Below are positions 37,521-45,841 of a stretch of 64,000 nucleotides of DNA, in pieces. Origin of the DNA: Candidatus Sericytochromatia bacterium (lineage in GTDB: Bacteria; Cyanobacteriota; Sericytochromatia; S15B-MN24; JAQBPE01); NCBI GenBank assembly GCA_035285125.1, contig JAYKHR010000060.1, positions 9,293 to 73,292 on the forward strand, read 5' to 3'. The stretch's first letter is position 1. Each line of letters starts with the position of its first letter. A model generated the notes under the pieces. The model was not told the DNA's origin. It made no database searches and saw nothing but the letters and a program-made list of their open reading frames with translations. The translations under genes were made by a program, and so were the position numbers.

Positions 37521-38519
37521 ATGCGCACGTGTGGAGAGCTGCTGGCGGTGGTGACGCGCAGCGGCGAGGTGGAGTCCGTGCACGGCGGTCACGTGGCGGT
37601 GGTGGACGCCGAGGGGCAGGTCCTGTTCGGGCGTGGCGGCCTCGACACGCCGGTGTGGGTCCGCTCCAGCGTGAAGCCCTTGCAGGTCTTGCCGCTGCTG
37701 CTGTCCGGGGCCGCCGACGCCTTTGGCCTGCCCGGCGAGGCGCTCGCGGTGGCCCAGGCGTCGCACTCGGGCACGGACCGGCACCGGGAGGTGGTCGGCC
37801 AGCTGCTGGAGCGCGTCGGCCTGCCCCCCTCCGCGCTCCGCTGTGGACGGCACACCCCCTACGACGACGCGACGGCCGTCGCTCTGCTGCGTGCCGGGGA
37901 GGAGGCAGACGTGCTTCGCTGCAACTGCTCGGGCAAGCACGCGGCCATGCTGGCCGTGTGCCGGCACCAGGGGTGGGACATCGGCTCCTACCGCGCGCCT
38001 GATCACCCCTTGCAGCGCTGGATCAGGGAGCTGCTTGCCACGGCTGCGGGCGTGGCGCCGTCGGCCGTCGGCGTCGGCGTGGACGGCTGCGGGGCCCCCG
38101 TCTGGCGGCTGCCGGTGCTCGGGCTGGCCGTCGCCTACGCCCGCCTGGCGTCAGGCCGCGGGCTTTCCGGGGACGTGGCGGCTGCGGGGGCTCGGGCCCT
38201 GGGGGCGTTCGTGGCCCATCCCGAGCTGGTTGCAGGGCCCGGACGCCTGGACACGGCGCTGATCCGCGCTGGAGAGGGCCGGCTGGTCGCCAAGATTGGC
38301 GGGGAGGCCGTGCACGCGGGCGTCTGGCGCGGGGGCGGCCCGGCCTGGGCGCTGAAGGTGGCTGACGGCGCCAAGCGCGCCATCGGACCCGCACTGGCCC
38401 GCTCGATGGCCCTGGCTGGGTGCCCGTTGCCTGAGCACCCGGACCTGGCGGCTCACGTGGCCCCCGAAATCGTCAACAACCTGGGCGAGGTCGTCGGGGC
38501 CGTCGAAGCCGCCTTCTGA
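37521..38519 (+). CDS. L-asparaginase II family (Rhizobium etli AnsA-type)
   Basis: RSGEVESVH, RSSVKPLQ, ASHSG, NCSGKHAAML, DGCGAP, AKIGGEAV, LKVADG. Confidence 0.92.
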   Translation: MRTCGELLAVVTRSGEVESVHGGHVAVVDAEGQVLFGRGGLDTPVWVRSSVKPLQVLPLLLSGAADAFGLPGEALAVAQASHSGTDRHREVVGQLLERVGLPPSALRCGRHTPYDDATAVALLRAGEEADVLRCNCSGKHAAMLAVCRHQGWDIGSYRAPDHPLQRWIRELLATAAGVAPSAVGVGVDGCGAPVWRLPVLGLAVAYARLASGRGLSGDVAAAGARALGAFVAHPELVAGPGRLDTALIRAGEGRLVAKIGGEAVHAGVWRGGGPAWALKVADGAKRAIGPALARSMALAGCPLPEHPDLAAHVAPEIVNNLGEVVGAVEAAF

Positions 38520-38531
38520 GGCTGCGAGGGC

Positions 38532-38816
38532 TCAGGTGAGGCCGAAGCCCACGCGCGCCTTGGGCTTCTCCGTGTCGACCTTCTTCATCCGCCGGAAGAT
38601 GAAGGTGGGCGTGGTCGCCACGAGCACCCAGCCCTCCTGGCCGAGGGCGTTGAGCCGGTCTTTCAGGGCCGCGGGGGCCAGCCCGGCCAGGTCCAGCGTC
38701 TCGTACTCCGTCGGCGGGTTGAGGCGCTCCTCGGCCTTGTTGTCGACCACCGGGGGGCGCACCGCGACGTTGTCGTCGTCTTCGGACAGCAAGGGGGCGC
38801 GATCGGGCTGGGTCAT
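38532..38816 (-). CDS. Small hypothetical protein (DUF4177-like)
   Basis: EYETL...LNALGQEGWVLV...FIFRR; GGAGGAG RBS and its own promoter. Confidence 0.7.
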   Translation of the reverse strand: MTQPDRAPLLSEDDDNVAVRPPVVDNKAEERLNPPTEYETLDLAGLAPAALKDRLNALGQEGWVLVATTPTFIFRRMKKVDTEKPKARVGFGLT

Positions 38817-38845
38817 GGTGGCACTCCTCCTCAAGGACGGGCCTG

Positions 38846-38854
38846 ATTATACCA
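38846..38854 (-). promoter_or_regulatory. Extended -10 promoter element TGgTATAAT
   Basis: Exact consensus about 30 nt upstream of the 38816 start; a divergent TATGAT for rnhA lies at 38871. Confidence 0.65.
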
Positions 38855-38924
38855 GACGGGGCAGCCGCGGTATGATGGGCGCGGGCGGGGGAGCGGCTCC
38901 CCGCCACAGCGATGAGGTGCCTGC

Positions 38925-39389
38925 GTGGCCGAACTCAGCGAGGTCACCCTCTACACGGACGGCTGTGCGCTCGACAACCCGGGTCCCGGGGGCTGGGCGT
39001 CCATCCTGGTCTACAAGGGCGTCGAGAAGGAGTTCGTTGGCGGCGAGCCACACTCCACCAACAACCGGGCCGAGCTCATGGCCGTGATCACGGGGCTGCG
39101 AGCGCTCAAGCGGCCCTGCCGCGTGCTCATCGTGAGCGACAGCCAGTACGTCATCAAGGGGATGACGGAGTGGATCGCCGGCTGGCGGCGACGCGGCTGG
39201 AAGAACGCCGGCGGGGACCCCGTCAAGAACCGGGAGCTGTGGGAGGCGCTGGATGAAGCCCTTTCCCCTCACCAGGTGCGCTGGGAGTGGGTCAAGGGGC
39301 ACGCGGGGCATCCCTACAACGAGCGGTGCGACGTGCTGGCGAAGGCCGAGGCCGAGACCTTCCGGCGGGCGGCGCGCGCGACGCGCTGA
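38925..39389 (+). CDS. rnhA: Ribonuclease HI
   Basis: [45 protein letters not shown]. Confidence 0.97.
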   Translation: MAELSEVTLYTDGCALDNPGPGGWASILVYKGVEKEFVGGEPHSTNNRAELMAVITGLRALKRPCRVLIVSDSQYVIKGMTEWIAGWRRRGWKNAGGDPVKNRELWEALDEALSPHQVRWEWVKGHAGHPYNERCDVLAKAEAETFRRAARATR

Positions 39390-39410
39390 GCGGGTCCGGC
39401 CGCGTCAGGC

Positions 39411-40481
39411 TCAACGCGTGGGACGCTGCTCGGGGGCGTCCTCGTCAGGGTCCTTGGCGTCCACCCAGTCTTGCAGGAACACGTCGCGCATCTGGGCGAT
39501 GGCGGCCCCCTCCCCGATCAGCAGGCCGAGCTCGCGGTTGGCGTCGAGCGACTGGCTGGAGAAGTTGATGGAGCCCAGGTAGGCTCGCTCGCCGTCGGCC
39601 ACGACGTACTTGGCATGCAGGTAGGGCTTCCCCTGGCTGCGGGTGGGCACGCCCTGCGCGACGAGCGTGCGCGCCGCGGGCAGGTTCGCGGGGATCTTCT
39701 TGACGCCGCCCACCAGCACCCGCACGTCCACCCCGACGCGGCGTTGCTCCACGAGGGTGGCCACCACCTCGGCGTCGTTCAGCACCTCCACGCCCACGAG
39801 CAGCTCCCGGCTCGCCCCCGCCATCAGGCCCAGGATGCGGCGGCGGGCATTCTCGGGGCTCACGACCAGGTCGGGATCGATGGGGAGGTAGCGCTGCCTG
39901 TTCCAGTCGGCGACGAAGATGCGCTTGAGCTCCTCGACGTCTGAGCGAGACCGATCGATCACGGCGAACTCCCGGTTCGTCTCCGTCGCGGCGCGCGTCA
40001 AATTGTAGGTCAGGACATAGGCGACCTCGCCGTCCACGATCATGGTCTTGGCGTGGGTCAGCGAGAACGCCGGGTTGGTCCAGGCCACCTGCGCGCCGCG
40101 CGCCTCGAGGTCTGCCGCCACCTGCTTGTTCATGCCAGGCTGGGCCGGGGCCTCTTCCAGCAAGACGCGCACCTCGATGCCCCGCGCCGCCGCCCGGCCG
40201 AGCGCCTCCACCACCGTCGGGTCAGTGACCATGTACACCTGCAGCCAGACGCTGTGACGGGCCTGTTCAATGGCCTCGACGATGGGCCTGGTGCCGCTCT
40301 CGGGCTGGGTGAAGAGGGTGATGTGCCCCGGGGCGTGCAGCCGGGCCGCCACCTGGCGCGGGGCCGAGCCACGGGCCTTGGTGGGTGTCGCTGGGGCGAG
40401 GCCCCGCCCGCAGGCGCTCAGGGCCAGGGCCAGGGCCAGCGAGGCCAGCGGCAGGACGGTGGTGGCAAGGTGACGCGTCAC
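39411..40481 (-). CDS. Phospholipase D-superfamily lipoprotein (two HKD motifs)
   Basis: LSAC lipobox; HAKTMIVD and HAKYVVAD; GSINFS...NRELG. Confidence 0.9.
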   Translation of the reverse strand: MTRHLATTVLPLASLALALALSACGRGLAPATPTKARGSAPRQVAARLHAPGHITLFTQPESGTRPIVEAIEQARHSVWLQVYMVTDPTVVEALGRAAARGIEVRVLLEEAPAQPGMNKQVAADLEARGAQVAWTNPAFSLTHAKTMIVDGEVAYVLTYNLTRAATETNREFAVIDRSRSDVEELKRIFVADWNRQRYLPIDPDLVVSPENARRRILGLMAGASRELLVGVEVLNDAEVVATLVEQRRVGVDVRVLVGGVKKIPANLPAARTLVAQGVPTRSQGKPYLHAKYVVADGERAYLGSINFSSQSLDANRELGLLIGEGAAIAQMRDVFLQDWVDAKDPDEDAPEQRPTR

Positions 40482-40573
40482 GGGGGGCTCCTGAACAGGC
40501 TATGAACAGTGTCGCGCGATGGCGGGATCGGCTTGCGTCTGGCCGTCCCCGGAGAAGCGCATCAAACCGTGCC

Positions 40574-40636
40574 TTTAGTGAAAGTTATCGCGTTTTTAAC
40601 AAAGATTTAATGAGTGTTGCATTAAAACTTCGTTAA
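40574..40636. promoter_or_regulatory. Array of TTAA-like boxes with 11-bp period in an AT-rich divergent intergenic region
   Basis: TTAT 40585, TTAA 40596, TTAA 40607; second pair TTAA 40622 and TTAA 40633. Confidence 0.55.
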
Positions 40637-40904
40637 GCGCGAAAACGTGGTCCGGGAACGTTTCCAGGACTTGGGGTGAATGGGGTAAGTCGTGGCAGGG
40701 GTTTCCAGTGTTAAATTCCGGGAGATGTCTGCCGGATGAGGGTCTTCAGGTGGCGAGGGGGCTCGTTCGGGCCCCACAGTGGCCCTTATGTGAAGCGGGA
40801 TAAAATTAGTTTAATTTGGCTTAAGGGAAGGTAATCAGGTACAACGAATTCCGTTGAAGCGTTCAAGGCCTGGCCCTCGGCCCGGCATTCGGGAGACTCC
40901 TCCA

Positions 40905-41189
40905 ATGATGAAGAAGCTCGCGGCCTTCGCGGCCCTCGCGGTCCTGGCCCTTTCGTCCACCCCTTCCTTCGCTGGCCCCGGCTGCCCGCACGGCGGCAAC
41001 GGTGGTGGCACCTGCCCCGGCGGCGGCAACGGCGTCCAGCTGGCCGGCCCCGGCTGCCCGCATGGCGGCAACGGCGGCGGCACCTGCCCCGGCGGTGGCA
41101 ACGGCGTCCAGCTGGCTGGCCCTGGCTGCCCGCACGGCGGCAACGGTGGCGGCACCTGCCCCGGCGGCGGCAACGGCGTCGCCGCCTGA
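40905..41189 (+). CDS. Small secreted protein or peptide precursor: Sec signal plus three identical GPGCPHGGNGGGTCPGGGNG cores
   Basis: MMKKLAAFAALAVLALSSTPSFA signal; repeats differ only at synonymous sites; GGAG upstream; terminator downstream. Confidence 0.88.
   Translation: MMKKLAAFAALAVLALSSTPSFAGPGCPHGGNGGGTCPGGGNGVQLAGPGCPHGGNGGGTCPGGGNGVQLAGPGCPHGGNGGGTCPGGGNGVAA
40971..41180 (+). repeat. 72-bp tandem repeat, about 2.9 copies
   Basis: Units start at 40971, 41043 and 41115 (gcYggcccYggctgcccgcaYggcggcaacgg...). Confidence 0.95.
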
Positions 41190-41209
41190 GCCAAAGCCAA
41201 AACGCCACC

Positions 41210-41240
41210 GGCCCGGCCTCCCGAGAGGCTGGGCCTTTTT
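41210..41240 (+). terminator. Intrinsic terminator of the repeat-peptide gene
   Basis: GGCCCGGCCTC-ccga-GAGGCTGGGCC followed by TTTTT. Confidence 0.85.
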
Positions 41241-41281
41241 GCTTTCGGTGGCGCCTGCCGCGCCGATCACCGGCCGGCCGG

Positions 41282-41290
41282 TGGTACAAT
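41282..41290 (+). promoter_or_regulatory. Extended -10 element TGgTACAAT for the MBL-hydrolase operon
   Basis: Near-consensus TGnTAnnnT about 33 nt upstream of the ATG at 41324. Confidence 0.55.
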
Positions 41291-41323
41291 GCCACAGCAT
41301 CGCCCTGACGATCCCCCGCACGC

Positions 41324-42088
41324 ATGGCACCTCGTTTTTCCCTGACCTTCCTGGGCGTGGGCGCCGGTCTGAGCCCCGAGCTCGGCAACAACAACGCCTG
41401 GATCGAGTCCGAGGACGGCGGGGCCCACCTGCTCGTTGATTGCGGGCCGGTGACGATCCACGAACTTAAGCTGGCGGGTCGGCTGGCGGGCGTGAAGCAC
41501 GCCTTCTTGACGCACGTCCACGACGACCACGTCGGTGGGCTGCAGCTCTGGGCCCAGCTCAACCGATACGTCTACCGGCACCGGCCGGTGTTGTGGTTCC
41601 CCGCCTCGCTCTACGAGGAGCTCTGGGAGGGCACGCTGCGCGGCGGCCTCGCCCGGGTCAACGACGCCAATGGCACGCCTGGCGAGGCTGGCCTGGACGC
41701 CTACTTCGATCCCCGGCCGCTCGCCGAGGGCGAGGTTGTGGCGCTCCCCGGGTTGCCGGTGCTGACGCCGCGGCCCACGGTGCACGTCCCCGGCAAGCCC
41801 TGCTACGGCTTTTACCTGGGCGATGACGTGTATTACTCGTCCGACAGTCAGCTGCTGCCGCCCACGGAGGGGCTGGGGGGGGCACCGCTGAGGGCGGTTT
41901 TCCAGGATTGTCAGCTCTTCGACACCTCGCCGCGCGTCCACACGCCTTTCAGCGTGCTGGCCCGGGAGATGCCGGCCGAACTCAAGGCCGTGACCCGGCT
42001 GATGCACTACAACCACCCCCCGGAGGTTGATGCCAACGCGCACGGCTTCTGGGGCTTCGTCCAGCCCCGCGAGGCCTACTGGTTGTGA
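41324..42088 (+). CDS. MBL-fold metallo-hydrolase (RNase Z/phosphodiesterase-like)
   Basis: LTFLGVG, LLVDCG, THVHDDHVGGL, TVH, YSSD, FQDCQ, VH, LMHY. Confidence 0.9.
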   Translation: MAPRFSLTFLGVGAGLSPELGNNNAWIESEDGGAHLLVDCGPVTIHELKLAGRLAGVKHAFLTHVHDDHVGGLQLWAQLNRYVYRHRPVLWFPASLYEELWEGTLRGGLARVNDANGTPGEAGLDAYFDPRPLAEGEVVALPGLPVLTPRPTVHVPGKPCYGFYLGDDVYYSSDSQLLPPTEGLGGAPLRAVFQDCQLFDTSPRVHTPFSVLAREMPAELKAVTRLMHYNHPPEVDANAHGFWGFVQPREAYWL

Positions 42089-42801
42089 GCGGGGAGGCCC
42101 TCGACACGCCCTCGCGCCTGGCGGCCACCCTGCGCGACCATGCCCTCCCGGCGGCCGTGCTCGCCTCCATCTGCGTGAGCCTCCTGCCCTTTGGCCTGTG
42201 GGTGGACCAGCTCTTCCTGACCTTCGTGCATGAGGCCTGCCACGGGCTGGCGGCCGTCCTCACGGGGGGCAGCTTCGCCTACCTCACGGTGCACGCCGAC
42301 ACCAGCGGCCTGGCCTACACGCGGGGGGGCTTTCGCCCGCTGATCCTCGTCGCAGGCTATGCCGGGGCCTGCTTGTGGGGTGGGGGGCTGCTGCTGGCCT
42401 CGCGCCACCGCGGCACTGAGCGCCTCATCTGCTGGGGGCTGGCGGCCTTCTTGCTGGTGCTGACGGTCGGCTGGACCCGCAACGCGTTCGGGCTCGCTGC
42501 CGGCCTGGGCTTTGCCGCCTTCTTCGCCTGGGTCGCGCGGCGCGGGGCCGGCTGGCTGGTGTCCTGGCTGCTGGCGTTCCTGGCCGTGCGGAGCATCCTG
42601 AACTCCTTCCACGACCTCTGGGTGTTGCTCAGGCTGGCTGGCAACGGCGCCGTGACGGACGCGGACCTGCTGAGCCGCGAGCTGACGCTCGGGCTGGTGC
42701 CGCCGGTCGTCTTCGCCGCGGGGATCGCCGCCTGCTCGGTGACGCTGCTCTTGGTGCTTGGGAGGCTGGCTCACGCGCTGGGCACACGGGAGGTGGCCTG
42801 A
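42085..42801 (+). CDS. M50B-like membrane metallopeptidase
   Basis: TFVHEACHGLAAVLTGG, SGLA, AGY, multiple TM helices, TDA near the C-terminus. Confidence 0.88.
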   Translation: MSGEALDTPSRLAATLRDHALPAAVLASICVSLLPFGLWVDQLFLTFVHEACHGLAAVLTGGSFAYLTVHADTSGLAYTRGGFRPLILVAGYAGACLWGGGLLLASRHRGTERLICWGLAAFLLVLTVGWTRNAFGLAAGLGFAAFFAWVARRGAGWLVSWLLAFLAVRSILNSFHDLWVLLRLAGNGAVTDADLLSRELTLGLVPPVVFAAGIAACSVTLLLVLGRLAHALGTREVA

Positions 42802-42802
42802 G

Positions 42803-43228
42803 ATGGACCCGCTGAGCTGGCTCCTCACCCTGGCCCTGATGCCGGTCGGTGCGTGGAGCCTTTACCGGACGCTGTCCGGCTACAAGGCCCTGATCGAGTC
42901 CTACATCTCCGATGCCCGGGACGGCAACGAGGAGGCGCGGCTCAAGGCCTCCTCCGCTTTCGGGTGGTTCGTGCTGAGCTGGCAGGCGTGGCTGGTGGTG
43001 CTGCTGCGGGAGCCGCATCCCACCTTTGCCCTGGCCTGGGCCGTGGTGCTGGTCGTGACGGCCTGCGAGGTCGTGTTCGTCCTGCGGGTGCTCAGACGGT
43101 GCCTGCTAGGCCCTGGAGATCCTGCCGCCATGGCTCTCCTCGTCAGCTGGCCCGTCCGGGCCTGGCGCGTCGTGGCCGAGCTGATGGGGCTCGTGGGGTG
43201 CGGCCTCGCCCTCTTGCTGTCCGGCTGA
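42803..43228 (+). CDS. Small multi-TM membrane hypothetical protein
   Basis: GGAGG-preceded ATG immediately after the M50 stop; about four hydrophobic segments. Confidence 0.7.
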   Translation: MDPLSWLLTLALMPVGAWSLYRTLSGYKALIESYISDARDGNEEARLKASSAFGWFVLSWQAWLVVLLREPHPTFALAWAVVLVVTACEVVFVLRVLRRCLLGPGDPAAMALLVSWPVRAWRVVAELMGLVGCGLALLLSG

Positions 43229-43389
43229 TAGCGGCGGTCAGATGAGAGCGGACTAGCAGCGCGACGAACTGGGCGCTGAGCGCAAGGAGCGAGGAGGGCG
43301 CATACTGGGGGAAGTATGTAACCGACGAGCGACGCAGCGATCGGCGTTCAGGGCTAGCGATGGTGGCCGGGCTCGTTTGACCGTCGCTA
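43229..43389 (+). mobile_element. 161-bp ERIC-like palindromic miniature element or structured RNA
   Basis: Starts and ends with TA; 19-bp outer arms (43228-43246 with 43372-43390); inner stem 43269-43279 with 43341-43351; core GCAAGG...CATACT-loop-AGTATG...ACGCAGC. Confidence 0.7.
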
Positions 43390-43399
43390 TGAGGGGCGC

Positions 43400-44431
43400 T
43401 CAGGCCGGGGCGCTGGGCAGGGCCAGCCTGGGGTGTGGCGGGAGCCACAAGGCGTCTGGCTCGCCCGTGGCCAGCATGGCGTGGGCCAGCCCGGCGATCA
43501 TGGCGGCGTTGTCAGTGCAAAGGTCCAGGGGGGGCAGCGACAGCCGCCAGCCGCGGGCCTCGCAGGCCGCTTGGAGGCTTTGCCTCAGCGCCCTGTTTGC
43601 AGCGACGCCCCCCGCGAGCGCCACCGTCGTCAGCCCCTCCGCTTCCGCAGCGGCGATGGTCTTGGCGACCAGCACGTCCACGACGGCGGCCTGGAAGCTG
43701 GCCGCCACGTCCGCGACTGGCACGGGCAGGCCTGCCAGCCGTTGCTTCTCGACGGCCTTGCGCACGGCGGTTTTGAGGCCACTGAGGCTGAACCGGAAGC
43801 CTGGCTCGTGCAGCAGCGCGCGCGGGAAGGCGAACGCCCGCGGGTCGCCCTCGGCCGCCAGGCGGTCGAGGTGGGGGCCGCCCGGGTAGGGCAGGTCCAG
43901 GAGGCGGGCCGTCTTGTCGTACGCCTCGCCCACGGCGTCGTCGATCGTCTCGCCCAGGGTCGCGAAGGCGCGGGGGCCGTCCACGCGGACGAGGGCCGTG
44001 TGTCCGCCTGACACGAGCAGGCAGAGGAAGGGCAGCGGCAGGCTGCGGTCGGCGATGACGTTGGCCCAGATGTGGGCCGCGAGGTGGTGGACCCCGACGA
44101 ACGGGATGCCGAGGGCCCAGGCCGCGCTCTTGGCCCCCACCAGCCCCACCAGCAAGGCGCCGAGGAGCCCCGGGGCGTGCGTCCCTGCAATCGCCGTCAG
44201 GTCGCCGAACCCGACGCCTGCAGCCTCCAAGGCCTCGGCCATCAGCGGGTTGAGCGTCAGGATGTGCTGCCGGGAGGCAACCTCCGGCACCACGCCGCCG
44301 AAGCGCCGGTGGACCTCGACCTGCGAGGACACCAGGTTCGCCAGGATCTCGTGGCCGTCCCGGACCACGGCGACCGAGGTCTCGTCACAGCTGGACTCGA
44401 TGCCCAGGATCACGGAGGTAGGCTGTGGCAC
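43400..44431 (-). CDS. tsaD: tRNA N6-adenosine threonylcarbamoyltransferase
   Basis: LGIESSCDET, GGVVPEVASRQH, HHLAAH, LLVSGGHT, DDAVGEAYDK, GGVAAN, CTDNAAMI. Confidence 0.97.
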   Translation of the reverse strand: MPQPTSVILGIESSCDETSVAVVRDGHEILANLVSSQVEVHRRFGGVVPEVASRQHILTLNPLMAEALEAAGVGFGDLTAIAGTHAPGLLGALLVGLVGAKSAAWALGIPFVGVHHLAAHIWANVIADRSLPLPFLCLLVSGGHTALVRVDGPRAFATLGETIDDAVGEAYDKTARLLDLPYPGGPHLDRLAAEGDPRAFAFPRALLHEPGFRFSLSGLKTAVRKAVEKQRLAGLPVPVADVAASFQAAVVDVLVAKTIAAAEAEGLTTVALAGGVAANRALRQSLQAACEARGWRLSLPPLDLCTDNAAMIAGLAHAMLATGEPDALWLPPHPRLALPSAPA

Positions 44432-44435
44432 GGGC

Positions 44436-45344
44436 TCAGGCTGGCTCGGTGGGGTCCACGACGGTGGCCTTCGTGTCGATCACGGGTCGCCCGTCGGGCC
44501 CGAGGGCCGGGCTGCCGGGGGCACCCTTGGCGCTGCGCCGGAAGTACTCGGCGGCCGCCTTGCCCATCGCGAGCGTGCCGGCGTAGCCCAGGCCTCCCGC
44601 CACGAGCCAGCCTGGGCCCGGGATGAGCTTCGCCACCTGCCGCGCCACCGTGCGCAGGGCAAAGCCGCCGCCCACAACGGCCAGCACCTCCCGTAGCCGC
44701 TCGTATGACAGGGGCTGGTCGTGGATCGTGGCGAGCCGCATGACCATCTTGATCTGGTTGAGGGTCATGACGGGCAGGTCGGCCCCAGGTACGGGAATCA
44801 CGCCGACCATCGCGTTCTGCTGCGAGGTGGCGGCGATTTCCTGCGACACGGCCTCTTCGCGCACGAAGGGGAACTGGCGCGCCAGGGACACCGCGTGGTC
44901 CTTGAACAGGGCGGTGAGGCGGCGCGCCAGCAGCGGGCGCAGCTCCGACACGCTTCCCGCCACGACGACCCGGTCGGCCCGCACGCCCGCGGTGGCAGCC
45001 ACCTCGCGGCGCCTGGCGTCTTGCAGTCGCTCGTCGGGCATCACCAGCAGCAGCAGCAACGACCCGGGAGGCAGGCGCTTCAGGGCGCCGAGGTCCTGGC
45101 CTGAGGGGCCATAGGAGGCCTCGACCATCACAAGATGCAGGTCGGCCTCGGGCGGGTGGGTTGGCCCGAGTTCCAGGATGTTGAGCGTCTCCGGGTACGC
45201 GCTGCCGGCCAGGAACATCAGCCGCAGCGCATCGCGGCTCGCGTCAAGGGGCGCATAGAGGTTGACGGGGACCTGGCGATCTGCGTCTCCGGAGATCTCC
45301 CTCCAGACCGCGAGCAACTCCGTCATCTGTGCGGGCACGGCCAT
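44436..45344 (-). CDS. DUF697/YcjF-like protein
   Basis: IPVPGADLPVMTLNQIKMV...GGFALRTVARQVAKLIPGPGW...YAGTLAMG; AAGGAG RBS; TGcTAGAAT upstream. Confidence 0.75.
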   Translation of the reverse strand: MAVPAQMTELLAVWREISGDADRQVPVNLYAPLDASRDALRLMFLAGSAYPETLNILELGPTHPPEADLHLVMVEASYGPSGQDLGALKRLPPGSLLLLLVMPDERLQDARRREVAATAGVRADRVVVAGSVSELRPLLARRLTALFKDHAVSLARQFPFVREEAVSQEIAATSQQNAMVGVIPVPGADLPVMTLNQIKMVMRLATIHDQPLSYERLREVLAVVGGGFALRTVARQVAKLIPGPGWLVAGGLGYAGTLAMGKAAAEYFRRSAKGAPGSPALGPDGRPVIDTKATVVDPTEPA

Positions 45345-45477
45345 CCTGGCGGCTCCTTTCGCGTCGGCGCTGCCCGACATTCTAGCACGGCGGTCATGGG
45401 CCACCGCGGTGCGTGTGGCAAGACGGTGCTGGGGTATGTAGGGAGCGTTCCGCTCACCTCAGACCTCCGCAGGCCCC

Positions 45478-45825
45478 ATGCTGACCCTGACCGAGTTGCA
45501 CGCCTCCCACGCCCGCATCCTCGTCGTGGCGGGGAAGATCGACGCCAAGACGATGGGGGCCTTCGAGGACGGCATCCGGGCCTTGCTCGATGCCGGGCAC
45601 AGCCAGCTCGTCATCGACTTCTCCGAGGTCCCGTTCATCAGCAGCGCCGGCCTCGGGGTCCTGATGGCCGTGATCGAGGAGGTGCGCGGGGCAGGCGGGG
45701 ACCTGATGCTGGCTCGCGTGCAGCCCGAGGTCTACCGGATTTTCGACATCCTGGACTTCACGTCCCTGTTCCGCTTCTTCGACACCGTGGACGCGGCGGT
45801 GGATGCGCTCCGCCCGGTCGGCTGA
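45478..45825 (+). CDS. STAS-domain anti-sigma-factor antagonist (RsbV/SpoIIAA-like)
   Basis: GKIDA, VIDFSEVPFISSAGLGVL with the conserved phospho-Ser, VYRIFDI. Confidence 0.93.
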   Translation: MLTLTELHASHARILVVAGKIDAKTMGAFEDGIRALLDAGHSQLVIDFSEVPFISSAGLGVLMAVIEEVRGAGGDLMLARVQPEVYRIFDILDFTSLFRFFDTVDAAVDALRPVG

Positions 45826-45841
45826 CACCTTGGAGGGCACC

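Noticed and set aside
39411..40481. PLD gene as an anti-phage nuclease
   Set aside because: It has a lipobox and two HKD motifs like ordinary exported PLDs, with no defence-gene neighbours.
40971..41180. 72-bp repeats as a CRISPR array
   Set aside because: No unique spacers, units are in frame with only synonymous changes, and there are no cas genes.
40835..41200. Minus-strand Pro-rich repeat ORF (PLPPPGQVPPPLPPC)
   Set aside because: Shadow of the + strand peptide gene, which has the signal peptide, RBS and terminator.
43229..43389. The element as tRNA, SRP RNA, 6S RNA or a simple terminator
   Set aside because: No cloverleaf or T-loop, no SRP GGAA-loop motif, no U-tract; the TA ends and ERIC-like core fit better. 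6S cannot be fully excluded without an Rfam scan.
43143..43448. 101-aa minus-strand ORF across the palindromic element
   Set aside because: Atypical codon use and no family resemblance; better explained by the non-coding element.
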